A DNA stretch of 64,000 bases from the NCBI GenBank assembly GCA_951406725.2, contig OX597815.1:38564001-38628000 (forward strand), in the 5' to 3' direction. Source of the stretch: Octopus vulgaris (taxonomy: Eukaryota). Below, one piece after another: positions 51,488-64,000 of this stretch (position 1 is its first letter; each line of letters begins with the position of its first letter). The translations under genes and the position numbers were made by a program. The notes below the pieces were generated by a model. It worked only from the letters and a program-made list of their open reading frames with translations. It searched no databases and was not told the DNA's origin.

Positions 51488-54360
51488 TTAGCTGAGTGAC
51501 CCGGCGTTCCCTGAGTAACTGCTGTTCTTATTCAGATTAGTATTCAATAAAAATAAAGATATATTCTCATAATTATTTCGAAATGTCTATATTTTATTTT
51601 AAAATATCCAAATTGTAATGATAACAGAATTTCGAACGGAAAAATCTGTCAATGTTGAAACACCTCAGGGTAAACAATATTGATCGTGTAATTTTCTGTT
51701 AGTGTCAAAATGAATAAATTGTTGCTGCTTCCAACTCCCGAGCAAACAACATAGAGTTGGCCGTAGGAGAAGCATGTAGTAGAGAGATCAAGTGCACCTA
51801 CTTCGAGGGATTGATCCTGATTTGTTAATTGAAATACCAAAACTTAGTTTGATTGGAAACTGAAGCGTCTTAAATTCAAATGGAACATCTGTAGGTATGG
51901 GAGGAATTTTTGGAATAAAGACATTTTCTTCTTTGTGACTACCTGTTATGATTGTTGCCTGTAGTACATGGCACTTCATAGAAATAACAATTAAGCGAGT
52001 TCCATTACACAGGTGAGATTCATAAGCACCATAATGGGAGCACCCAGTTTTAGTTTCAAGGTATGCGATGGCATCCCAGTGGGTTTGAGTGTGTTCAGAA
52101 ATTCAACAGGTTATTTAATAACCTGATCTGCATCGACTGTTGTCAGTTGATCAAAAAGTCATATCTGGTGTATCTATTAACTTTTGAAGAAGTACATGAC
52201 TGAGTTTATCAACATTTTATTAGTTGGAGCTAGTATAGTTCTTTCACATACACAGTTTACATCAGTATAATTAACAGATAAATTAGGAAATACTTTATCC
52301 ATAAGTTCCCTAAGAGAAAGTATTATTTCACGGCATGTAACTGAAGACTTGAGTTGAATGTTAATATCCCATTATCAATCTTAAGAAGTTGTAGAAGTAC
52401 CCTGATGTTGCTTGTAAGATGATGTTTTTTTTTACATGTCTTCAAATGTACAATTTTTTGACGCATGCATTGACCTCATCACCTTTTGTTTCTTTGAGGA
52501 TACCCGCCAACGTTTGATGAAAATCTACTGTAAGAAGAACGGTTACTCTTCCCATGAGCGTGCTATTGTTTTTTCATGTCTTGTGGTGTACAATCAAATA
52601 GCTCTGGAGCTCCACGATGTGACAGTGCACTCATCCCAAACAATGAGGCAAGTTTGTTGGAGAACTGTTGCAATTGCAGAGTTTTGGGAAATGCTGCACA
52701 TTTGAGATTCTTTCATTGCAAGGTTTAGAGAGAGTTTGAATATGAAATAGTTCTTCCCCTATTGAAGAGAGTAGCTGCAAACCAAATGATGCAACACTAG
52801 AACTTTAGATTTTATTTCCTCAAATTTAGGATTGCAAGAGAATGTGACAAGAAAATCTGGCTTTCCATGTTTTGACATATGTCATAGCATCTTGTGTTCG
52901 TTCATGCATATATTGAGGACCACATATGAATGATGATGGGATGGTTATAAGTTGTTCCATGTTTTAAATATCACCATCAGTCCTCAGAGCATCTTTGAGA
53001 TGACCATAATGTTTAGCGCTTAACTTTTTGATTGTTACGAATGTAAAGGAGACGCTGATTTTCAACTTTAGCTTACATATCAACCAGGTTTTGCTGAAAT
53101 AGATCACGATACATGTCTAATTGATTTGATTGTTCTAGTCTTAACATCAGTTGGTAAGAATAGAGGTCAGTTGAAGAATATCTTTTCGTTTGTATTTGGC
53201 TCTCCTGTTGCAGGTTCAATCTGTGTAATATTGAAATGATATCCATATTATCGATTCTGCAAAATAAGAGGATACTGGAGAGCATCATTAGAGGGATGAG
53301 TCTCTAAAACACGTTTAAGGTTTTTATCTCGAGCGCGAATGAAAATATCACGATTTTCATGGGGATCACCTACCATAAGAATGGCTATTTCATTAGATGT
53401 GGGCTCATTAAAAGGGCGTAAAATGTCTTTTACTATAGTTTACTATAAACGCAACGAGCGCGGAAACACACACGCACTCACTAATTAAGCAAAAATTACC
53501 ATGTAAAGAAAAATGACTATGTAAGCAAAGTAAACAAAGTCAACATTTATTTGGAACATGTACTAAATGTTATAAAATTCAGCATTGAATGTCACGGTTA
53601 AGAAAGTCAAGCTCCAAGAAAATTCAGAAGGTATAATTTAATTTTACATACAAAAATAACGTTTTTAAACGAACGCTGAACAAAGTGTGTACAAAGGAAT
53701 ATGCTGCTGTTGTGAACGTTAATTAATTTTAAACATTTGCTAAAGGATATATGTCGCAAGACATAAATTTATTTGATATCAGTTACTATATATTTTAACT
53801 GCGTAAAGTTATAAGCTGAAGAATAAATACTAACGCAGTAAAATGGTTGCGCGGCGTCGAAAGCTAACATTGTTAAAGCAACATAGCAGAAAAACGAAAA
53901 GGACTGTAGGACTTTTAAAAAAGCATTGTCTTCCAATTGGTTATAAGTACTGGGATAACATTTCTGTAATTGTCATGAAAGAGCCGCTAAGGCTTTCTAC
54001 TTTACGTAAGTTTCCGAATTTGTTCTAATAACCAGAATGGCATTCGTTTTTTCAGATATAATTGCGAGTTTTGAGAGTGCTGTTTAATCAGCCAAATCTT
54101 CATGATGGTTATAAAACCAGAATAATATTTCAGCAAATAAGTAGTGATAATCGTTAATGCAGTTTAAACCGCAACTCTCCATGATGAAAATGAAAATCCA
54201 AACTGTGGTACTTCAAAGTGAATGCTGTTGTTCGTTCACAATCCAGGCGGCAACTAAACTAAACTCTTTCAAAATTGGCGCGTTTCACTGTTGGGTGATA
54301 TAATCACATACATATAAAAAACGACAGACACACATAGACATATATTCACGCATAATTAGA
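51488..54360 (-). mobile_element. Decayed Helitron (Rep and helicase remnants)
   Basis: 5' TC at 54360; DAMTYV..GKPDFLVTFSCNP; FIPKIP...LQFPIKLSFGISINKS..QSL...FSYGQLYV; 3' hairpin gggaacgccgggtcactcagCTAA. Confidence 0.85.
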
Positions 54361-54944
54361 GCCTATCTCTGTCCCTTTGTGTGTCTGCCTCTATCTTTAG
54401 ATGTGCGTGTGTGCGCGTGCATGTGTCAGTCGTCAGACAAACACATACACACTCACATACACTCACACATATATACTTAGTCATCGGCCTAACGTACGTA
54501 ACGAACGCGCAAACACACACACACACTGACAGACGCATACACACACATGTAAAAAAATGTGACGTCGTTGTCGTCGTGATATAAAATGTCGTTTGCGAAA
54601 GTTCACTTATAGAAAGATTATAATGTTAAATTATGATTTTATTTAACATATTCAGCTCTCAGATTCACACACTTATTGCAGAAGTCCCTCAGTTATTCTA
54701 AGCCATTTAAAAGAACGCGGAAGGTTGGGCCTCTAACTAGGCGCTTCGCGATATGCTTAAAGCCAGAAAGTTTTTAACACCCCCAGTAAGGGTTGAGTTA
54801 TAACCCGAAAAGGATATATATGCCTGTAAATATAAGAAACGTAAAGCAAAAGCGGAATACAGGATTAAAACTAGAAGAATCACTGAAGAGACTTCGAAAA
54901 GTAAACATATTCTAGAAATTGTATATATATATATATATATATAT

Positions 54945-55104
54945 TCTCTCCTTGTTTCTCTCCTTGTTTATTCCGTGTCCCTTTTTGTAGAAGAGCGTAG
55001 GCTCGAAACGTAAAAGACTTTTTCTATTCCTGAGCGTTATACTAATACATCTGTTTGTTTTGTACACCACCTGTCTTCGTCTTTTGTTTTTTTTCGTAAA
55101 CTCT

Positions 55105-55110
<6 letters not shown>
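54945..55110 (+). mobile_element. Short PLE-terminus-like repeat with hammerhead variant, between (TA)n tracts
   Basis: Paralog of 36620-36795; cttt-ttgtagaa-gagc(gtag)gctc-GAAAC-GTA-aaag at 54981-55016. Confidence 0.65.
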
Positions 55111-55183
<73 letters not shown>

Positions 55184-55214
55184 TTGGTTTGTGAAAGCAC
55201 GTGGTTGAATATAT

Positions 55215-55347
55215 AGAAAATAGTAAAAAGTGAAAAAACTACAGAAGGCTTAAAGGTTAAAAAATATATTGACATATTGACATATTGACTCAAATATATA
55301 TTTTTTAACCTTTAAGCCTTCTGTAGTTTTTTCACTTTTTACTATTT

Positions 55348-55350
<3 letters not shown>
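55215..55350. repeat. Perfect 55-bp-arm palindrome
   Basis: 55215-55269 is the reverse complement of 55296-55350; the 26-nt spacer contains repeated tgacatat. Confidence 0.9.
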
Positions 55351-55418
<68 letters not shown>

Positions 55419-55450
55419 TAAATCTAAAAGCATCAGAGATATAATAAAAG

Positions 55451-55488
55451 CTGTTACTCACAGTTTCACATTCCCGTTCGTCGGACAG
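55451..55488 (-). ncRNA. Minimal hammerhead, U4C variant, in PLE terminus
   Basis: On minus: ctgt-CCGACGA-ac(gggaat)gt-GAAAC-t(gtg)a-GTA-acag. Confidence 0.65.
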
Positions 55489-56039
55489 TTTCGTTAAAAT
55501 AGCAGAAATAGCGATATGATCAAAACTAGTTAAAGGATACACCTTTAAAAATGGATTTTATCATTGGTCTTTTTAATTAAAGGTCTTAAGCATGCAATGA
55601 ACAAAATAAACAAAATATATGAATTCAATATAAATTCATCATATTATAAAAATCGATGAAAACCTTAAATGGAAGAGTGGATTCAAAATACATATTGCAA
55701 ATAATTATATGCGAAATATACTTCAATTATTATAATTAATACATTAAAATTAAAATTTTCACACTGCATTATGTAAATATTTTGCAACAGTATATACGCA
55801 TACTACACTATCAATATAGATATATACATCAACATACACAGATGGATGTACACAAACTACATACATATACAGACATATACATTTAAGACGTAAATATACA
55901 CACAAATACACATGTACATATGTATACATATGTACGCAATCATGCTCGCATGCAGAAATCACTTGGTGTATACATATAGACGAGAAGTAAATTTTAAAAC
56001 GCAGAGAGGACGAAAGAAAAAGTAAAGGAAAAGGAATTT

Positions 56040-56205
56040 TTATGCGAATTTATATCGGGTTGTAAAAGCATTTTCAGAAACCCCTGTATAAGTTCTATAT
56101 TCGCGTGAGCCTTGTATCTGCACATTGGCTCTATACATAATTCCTTTCTCCAGACATTTACCTTCTAACGGACAGGGGGCCCCATCTTTGTAATTGCAAT
56201 TTTGA
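56040..56205 (-). pseudogene. PLE GIY-YIG fragment
   Basis: My translation: NCNYKDGAPCPLEGKCLEKGIMYRANV...YRTYTGVSENAFTTRY. Confidence 0.8.
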
Positions 56206-56269
56206 AGAAGAGAATCGGCACTATGATTATTAGCAATTATCCTACTGTTGTGTTGGTTAATAAAATACT

Positions 56270-56450
56270 GCTAAGCAGTATGCCAACATCGACAACTCGG
56301 AAATAGATATCATACATGCGAGGAAATCACTTCTTTTTTACGAGAATTCCACCTGGGTCAAGAAGAGTGAGGATTCTCTTTTCGATGTGCCGATGAGGGC
56401 ATACGACAGGGCTGATTTATGTGTGCTCATAGGAGCTTATATTCTATATT
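56270..56450 (+). pseudogene. PLE RT fragment, inverted relative to the GIY-YIG fragment
   Basis: My translation: EIDIIHARKSLLFYENSTWVKKSEDSLFDVPMRAYDRADLCVLIGAYIL, which aligns with the RT at 21994-22695. Confidence 0.85.
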
Positions 56451-56573
56451 CTACACAATCTAAAGCTAGAATTTTGTTATATTTCTGCTGCTTTTAAATA
56501 AAGCATATTACTCTACCTCTGGTATTTGAGTACTCCTTTTTCCACCTTGTTTCATATTTATGTGCTTACTCCG

Positions 56574-56633
<60 letters not shown>

Positions 56634-56696
56634 TACAAACAATATAGGATGAAGTCCCTTTCTCTACAGAAAAGGATTCCATCAAAAAGCGTGGCA

Positions 56697-56743
<47 letters not shown>

Positions 56744-57129
56744 TATTGATTTCTGATAAGAGCAAGGTCAGATGTGTTATTCTAGAATTTGAGAGGCTTA
56801 CTTGATTAAATTAGCAAATATGAAAGTGAAACTGAATACATAAAAAAAATCATTCTTTGTTGTTGTTTTTGTTATTGTTGTTGTTATTGATGATGATGTT
56901 ATTGGGTTTTGGTTTTTTTTTAGAACACTGCGATGAAAAGAATCGGTAAAATGTCAAGTATTTCATAATTAATAGGAATACATATTCCGAATTAATGAAG
57001 AGAATATATATTGCTACATGCACACAATAGACTAACGTACAGAAACTCACCCAAGCACAGATACACACGCACACATACATACACACATACATACACGTGC
57101 ATACACATACATATATTATTGTTACTATT

Positions 57130-58612
57130 GAGTGAGAGAGCAGGGCATGCCATCACGGTGACACTGGGGTAAAATACACGAAGCCCAGCACACCAATCAT
57201 GACCACCCTTCTTGATCATTCCTAGTGCTCCTACGATCACTGGTATTGTAACCGCCTTGAGATGCCACATTTTCTCAATTTCAATGAGTAGGTCTTTATA
57301 TTTTCTGAGCTTGTCAAACGCTTTCGCTGAGATATTATGATCACAGGAGATGCTCATGTCGATCAATAAGCAAACTTTATTGTTTTGGTCTTTCACAACG
57401 ATATCTGGTTTATTGGCCTTGGTGGTTCGGTCTGTATGTACTGGAAAGTCCCACAGAATCGTTACCTTTTCTCCTTCAGTTACAGCCTCAGGGTGGTGAT
57501 TATACCACTTCTCGGCAGTTTTGATATTGTAATGCCGACTTATTAACCAGTGTAGATATTGGCCAACTCTGTCATGTCTTTGTTTTCTTTGTTTTTTCGG
57601 GGGCATACAGCCGGTTTCAATTGCCCTAGCAGAAGCGTAAATAATTTCATTTAACTCAGTAAAATCAGGTTTTAATTCTTGTATTATTTCATTTGTTACA
57701 TAGTTGCCAATTTGGGTTTGTTTTTTATTTTGGTTTGTATTTGAGAGTTTATGAAGTGGTTCTCTATCATTCATACTTGTATGTCTTACAACTTCAAGCG
57801 TATTCAGGATTTTCTGCCTCATTTCTGCCATAGACTCTCTGTGTTCTTCAGCAAATGCGAGATCTTCAGTTACTGTTGTTTTATCGTTTTCCTGGCTATC
57901 TTTAACAGGTACGATAGAATTTCTTGTATCTTCAGGCCTTTGCGTACTTTGGTCAGATGGCAGTCTTTCAATTAAGCCTCGTGGCGGGCTATACTGTTCA
58001 TCTGATTCTTTATTTCCTTTGTGTCTTATATTTATGTCATTTTCCGTTGCGTGCTTGATCGCGCTTATTTCACTGTCTATGAGTCTGTTATTTCTAAGGA
58101 TATCCCTCCTCACATTTGCTAATTTGTTCTTGTCCAAATAGGGCCTACTGTCTTGATTCCGTGTTCTCCATATACTGTAAGAGTTTGCGGTGTGTCTCTC
58201 TTGAGATGGCCTACCTAATGCATAGTAATAAGCGTATATTACTTCTTTATACTCTTCTCGGGTCCATTTGTTCCGCTTACATTTTTCTTTCTGTGGTGGT
58301 TGTGGTGGTGAACTTGGAGGGCTCGAGTTGGGGGATTTCCCGTTCAAGTGACCATCCATGTCCGTATTCGGAGAAGAGTTTGTGCCAGTTGATGACTTTT
58401 CGATCCCAGGCTGGCTCCTCCCTGGGGGACGCGCTTCCAGATTAACCATAGGACAAGCGATTTGGTATATTGATTTAGTTTTCCTTTTAGTTTCCAAAAA
58501 CATTTTGGTGCTACGATAATGTTATCATTTCTGAGCTTTGATTGGCTCGTGGGGAGACGGCCATCATTGCCGTTACAATTATAATCGTACCATTATAGCA
58601 GCCGTAGTCGGC
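57130..58612 (-). mobile_element. R4/Dong-like non-LTR element lacking RT; N-terminus fused in frame to the restriction-like endonuclease
   Basis: ORF 56992-58503: KWTREE..EVIYAYY, LANVRRDIL, then RHDRVG..LHW, LWDFPVHTDR...NKPDIVV..D...K..KY.DL, PVIVGALG; flanked by (TAA)-like repeats. Confidence 0.85.
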
Positions 58613-59161
58613 TTATTATTGTTATTATCATCACCATTATTATCACTATCATCACCATCACCACCATTACCATCATCATCATCATCATCACCATCACCAT
58701 CACCACCATCATCATCAATGATATTGTTTTATGTGTAGTCACAGCAGTATCTTACTATTGTTATTTTTGTTTTTTTATCATTATCACCATCACAGTAGTG
58801 TCTGTCTGTCTCGTTGGCTGGCTTGGTGGTTGGCTGGCTGACTGTCTTCAACGCCAGAGTTCTTGCCTGTCAAATAATACTTTCATATTTGGTTAAGAAT
58901 AGAGCCGAGGTGAGGTTTGTGTTGGTTGAACTCTTTGAGTGTGTGTGTGTGTGTAGATAGATAGATTATCAGCACTATTACTATCATTATTATCATCATC
59001 ACCATCATCACCATCACCATCAGTGATTTTTTTTTTTTTAGGTGGGGTCCTATCGGTCAAAAAAAGTTCAAATGTTTACTACTATTAGCCTTAAGAAAAA
59101 TTAATACATTGTGTCACTGTGATGGCATGCCCTGCTCTCTCACTCAATAGTAACAAGAAAC

Positions 59162-59220
<59 letters not shown>

Positions 59221-59244
59221 CATCATCTGTTGTTTTATTTTTAT

Positions 59245-59560
59245 AGCGTGCTTTCACTTCACTACCGAGCGCAGCTCTGTGTGCCTTGGGTATGTGCTGT
59301 GGTTTCCTGTGATGGTTGCTGTATTGAAAGCGCTTTTCCGTAGGATGTGCGCAGTGCCCAATAGTGCAATTTTCCGTATGTTATATGTGTTTGTAAGTCC
59401 TGGTGTTTTTGTTATGTATTTGTCTAAATATTTTTTATCATACCTATAATAGGAATTGTTTCTGCTTTTAGATTCCACATTCGAGTTACCTGTTTCCAGG
59501 TCTATGTATTGATACATCAATTAGAAAGCATTTGTTTTCTTTATGATCTCTGACAACTAT
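59245..59560 (-). mobile_element. R4/Dong-like 3' fragment (different 3' UTR) in (TAA)n
   Basis: IRKIALLGTAHILRK C-terminal motif, then the 3' UTR and (TAA)n. Confidence 0.8.
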
Positions 59561-59576
59561 ACCTGGCCTATTGACC

Positions 59577-59646
<70 letters not shown>

Positions 59647-59660
59647 CATCATCGTCATCG

Positions 59661-59691
<31 letters not shown>

Positions 59692-61639
59692 TATTATTAT
59701 TATTGAGTGAGAGAGCCGAGCAGGTAACACATAAAAGTGTAACAGTGTAAGATATAAACCGAACACCTGTTCAGGCAAGTCGCCCACAGAGCTAATGTTT
59801 GCCTGGAAGATAGAATCTGTCATTGACGGCGATATGACTTATGTGTATATGCCTTTATTTTTATCTCGCCTGAGTCGGAACGCTGTAGAAAAGTTTGATT
59901 AAGCTATAAATCATTCAAATATTATTTTTTTCAACGTTATAATCTTTTCCTATTCGCGTTGGTTAAGCTTTAAAGTCAAACTTTCATTTAAGATTTTGGC
60001 GTTTAGAAGCTCTGTGTTAGAAGTTCGTTAATTTTTCTATGTTATGCAGAGGATGCGATGTAAACTTATTCACTTTATGCCTTATGGTTGCATTGAAATA
60101 ACCGATTTAATCAAAGGCAGAAGGCCGAGTCATTTCAATGTTGGAGTCTCGATCATAAGGTCGGTCAGTTGATTCCTAGACCGAGCAAGTTTATCATTTC
60201 ACGCTCCTATATTCAACTCAGACGGAAATTACCCGCCTGGTAATAATGCAGTTCTTTCTCCCTCCAGCTGAAATATGCCCGGTATTCCACTGGTTCGAGG
60301 TGTGAAAGAGTGTAAGGCTGTCTATATCTGCTGGTGATTACATAAAAACCAAAAGCAATTCGCCACAGCTTAGAATATGCTACCAAGTTTATGAGTGACA
60401 GCTATGAAATTTTCAGTTCTGTGTGTACTATTTGTGGTTGTGTATGCTGGAAATGTTGTTAAAATGTTACACTGTTATTGTCAAAGAAACTAATTATTTT
60501 GATGCTTTTTCTTTGTAAACATATGTATGTGGTGTATTTTGTGATGAGGCCGATTGTGTTATATACATTTGGGGTTCGAGTCTGAAATAATAAAAACCAT
60601 ACTGGATCCAATTATTTTCACATAATATCGTTTTTTTTTTTTTTGCGTTAATCAAACGTCGTGACTGTGAACGTTTTTAAAGTGCATGCACATTTATTTT
60701 CTTTGTTAATGTTAGTTATGTGCGATGTGTGTATATCGCAATCGTATTCTTTTGTAAGTCATAGTATCTTTGTCTTCTATGTGCGAATGTGTACGTGCAT
60801 GCGAATATACATACGCATGAATGCGTGTGGGTTCTAAGTTGTGTTTAATGTTTTTTGGTGATAATGCTAATACGATAGATGATTGTTTTTGTTATTGAAA
60901 ACAGCAAATTACCTTTAATCATGCTAATCTATGTAATGTATTCCAGCCCTGGCGGACTCGTTTTTTCCACTTGTCATTCGATTTTTATGTTATGATATAG
61001 GGTAGATTCGGCTGTTATTTCTCGCAGGTCAGAGGACTTGGTAGCGATTTCTCCGTTACCTGAAGAAAAACTGTAAACTTGATTGATATTTCCCTCATTA
61101 TATTTGTCTCATTTGTTGGGGAACATTTATTTCGTCGGTTATTGACGTAGGTAAAGAGTAGTTTTGCAGCCGTGTTTTCTAAAATCGGAAGAAGTTAACT
61201 GTAGTGTCATTCTTGAAGTAGTTATTGAGTTATATACTAGTTATAATGAGTAGTTGTAGATGTTCACTATTACTTTAATTTTGACAGTCTCTTGTCGTTT
61301 ATAGTGAAATCCCATATACGAAGCCTGATGAGTTGACAGTCCTCTGATTCAAGAAATTTCATTTGTGACCATTTCTGTTTAAGAAAATACAGCGTGAATA
61401 TTCAAGAAAGTTATTACATGCTCTATGCTAAAAAAATGTTTTTTAAAATTCTTTACGTGTCATGTTTATTTTCCTGGCGTCGAGGCATCATATACGATAC
61501 ACATTCCCAATATTCTTCGACCACCAGAGTAACGTGTCATATGAACGCTTTTCATTTTATAGAATGTATGAAATAAGGACTAACAAAAAGTTTGAAAATA
61601 AGAATTGGAGTTTTGGATAAAATTTATGAAAACACTATA

Positions 61640-61800
61640 AGCGCAGGAGTGGCAGTGTGGTAACTAGCTTGCTTACCAACCACATGGTTCTGGGTTCAGT
61701 CCCACTGCATGGCACCTTGAGCAAATGTCTTCTACTATAGCCTCGAGTCGATCAAAGACTTGTGAGTGGATTTGGTAGACGGAAACTGACAGAAGCCTGT

Positions 61801-61861
<61 letters not shown>

Positions 61862-62075
61862 ATGTATATGTTTTTATGTCTCTGTTTGTCCCTCCAACAT
61901 CGCTTGACAACGGATACTGGTATGTTTAACTTCCCGTCATCTAGCGGTTCGGCAAGAGAGACTGATAGAATAAGTACTGAGCTTACAAAGAATAAGTCCT
62001 GTGGTCGATTTGCTCGACTAAAGGCGGTGCTCCAGCAGAGCCGCAGTCAATTGACTGAAACAAATAGAAGAATAA
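61640..62075 (+). mobile_element. SINE family 1, full length
   Basis: Colinear with 35819-36235. Confidence 0.9.
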
Positions 62076-62229
62076 AAAAAGCGAAGAATGCAAAGGGTTC
62101 ATTCTATGTCCAAACAAACTAGCTTCGTGAGCTATCATATAAATGGACTGGAGAACAAAGTATTTCCCTGTAACATATATCACCTTGATCACCTTCACTG
62201 ACCAGTCCGTCGGATATCCATTTGACACC

Positions 62230-63118
62230 GCTGATCACAGCACGCTGTCCATTCCTCTCTGGATCTCGCCTTTCTCATCCACGTGATCCCAATCGCCCTC
62301 CTGGAATCGTAACTCCACCGTCGTGGAGGCCTTCCCAGTGGTCGTTTCTGCTTGCGCGGGTCCATTGATTAACGGTGAGCCGGGCGACGTGTCCAGCCCA
62401 TCTAAACTTGCTGCGTGTATATTCTACGAAGACATCCCTCACGCCGGACTTCACTCTGATGACCTCGCTGCTGATGTGCTCTCTCAACGAGATTCCAAGC
62501 ATTGACCTCTCCATGGCTCTTTGAACCGTTACCAACCTCTGTTCTTCTCTCTTTGTTGTAGCCCATGCTTCACTTCCATATAACATTGCAGGTAGAACTG
62601 TGCTGTCGATGAGGTTGGCGCAGGTGGTTCTATCCAACTTCCCTTGAGCACATCCCTTATGCCATTAAATGCCTTCCATCCGGCCCTTACTCTCCGTGAG
62701 ATCTCCCTTTCGATATCTCGGCACATATTCACTTCCTTGTCAGTGAGGCTGAAAGAGCCATCGGCCTGATGAAAAACAGAAAGGCGCCAGGGAAAGACTG
62801 TATAACATCGGATGTGTTAAAGTCAGGTAGAGAACAGCTCTGGAAAATCCTCGCTGAGCGATTCACAAACGAGGGAATAATTCTCTCGCAGTGGAAAGAG
62901 TCAAATACTATTCTGCTATATAAGAAGGGTGATAGAGAAGATCTAAAGAACTACTGACCCATATGCCTGCTGTGTCACGTGTACAAGTTGTTCACAAAGA
63001 TAATTATGAACAGGTTGTCACGGCATCTCGACGAACAAGGGAAAAGCCAGCTTCCGGAAAAACTACAGCACCAAAGACGACCATATATTTACTCTAACAT
63101 AACTGCTTGAGCGAGCGA
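62230..63118. mobile_element. RTE-clade LINE fragments in head-to-head inversion
   Basis: Minus 62230-62740: EISRRVRAGWKAF, LPAMLYGSEAW, WAGHVAR. Plus 62745-63118: KAPGKD, LLYKKGDREDLKNY*PICLL..VYKLFTKI. Confidence 0.85.
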
Positions 63119-63327
63119 ATTAGTACAATGAGTACAAGCTGTAACATATATATTTATTCAATACCATAAGCGACGGATTTATTATAACAAAAATTCTCAT
63201 AGTGAGTTCGAAAGTTCGAAATTTTTCACTATCATCGACATCGTAATCCTTGCCTTTGAAGTTGTTGTCATCGTAGTCGCTCCAAATTGTTCGTTGTTGT
63301 ATTTCCATATGTTCAGGAATCTTCAGT

Positions 63328-63558
63328 TACTTCTTTATTGCCCACAAGGGGCTGAACATAGAGGGGACAAACAAGGACAGACAAAGGGATCAAGTCGAAT
63401 ACATCGACCCCAGTGCGCAACTGGTACTTAATTTATCCACCCCGAAAGGATGAAAGGCAAAGTTGACCTCGGCGGAATTTGAACTCAGAATGTAGCGGCC
63501 GTCGAAATACCGGTAAGCATTTCGCCCGGCGTGCTAACGTTTCTTCCATCTCGCCGCC
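63328..63558 (-). mobile_element. SINE family 3, full length
   Basis: Reverse complement of the 33289-33520 type. Confidence 0.85.
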
Positions 63559-64000
63559 ATGAATCTTCAATATTGCATTCTCTGTTACGATATTGTCACA
63601 TGTATATGAATGCGTTTGCACTACTGAAATTATGTGAGTGTGTGTTCATGTTCGTGAATATACATATATGTAGGCATTTGTGAGTATGTCTACCTCAGTG
63701 CTCTGACGATTACATTTGTGTATGAATAGGTGAACGTGTACTATGTGAAAAGGTACAAACAAATATTCTAATATTCTAAACTTTCTAATTACTCTCAATA
63801 TTCCAAGGGAAAAAATTCCAAAATGCTTGGGAAAAATCAGTTATTCATATATTCTGTTCCTTATTGCCATTTATACTTGTCAAAATATTTTCTTCATATT
63901 TAGTAGTTGCCTTAGATATTGATATGTTCTCTAGTTGATGTGACAGCAATAGCATTTGTTGTACTGATTTTGAAACGACAGAAGTAAAATGTTCGTTAAC

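Noticed and set aside
54880-54915. ctgaaga-gacttc-gaaa hammerhead-like words
   Set aside because: No convincing stem I or stem III.
58400-58615. HDV-like ribozyme at the R4 5' end
   Set aside because: I could not build the nested double pseudoknot by eye; it needs a descriptor search.
61324-61362. ctgatga...gaaa motif
   Set aside because: No stem I or stem III pairing; likely chance.

Overview
AT-rich, microsatellite-dense eukaryotic DNA, made almost entirely of transposable elements. The SINE families and repeat style suggest an octopus or other cephalopod, but that is inference. Contents: several Penelope-like elements (PLEs, Naiad-type CxCx5Cx5C GIY-YIG), a nearly intact CR1-group LINE ORF2, an RT-deleted Tx1/L1-like LINE, an RT-deleted R4/Dong-like element, RTE fragments, mariner/Tc1 remnants, Helitrons, about 20 tRNA-derived SINE copies of at least four families, and one probable 996-bp host coding exon (46189-47184). 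The most notable signal is a set of type I hammerhead ribozymes (HHRs). Two diverged, non-coding ~360-bp tandem units (1-446 and 3842-4893) each carry an extended HHR with U instead of C at core position 3. The second forms an inverted multimer bounded by a 12-bp target-site duplication (TSD). They look like non-LTR retrozymes, i.e. mobile non-coding RNAs that could yield ~360-nt circular RNAs, lying near PLEs that could mobilise them. Further HHR variants sit in PLE termini. Most short ORFs in the track are microsatellite artefacts. All coordinates and alignments were read by eye.
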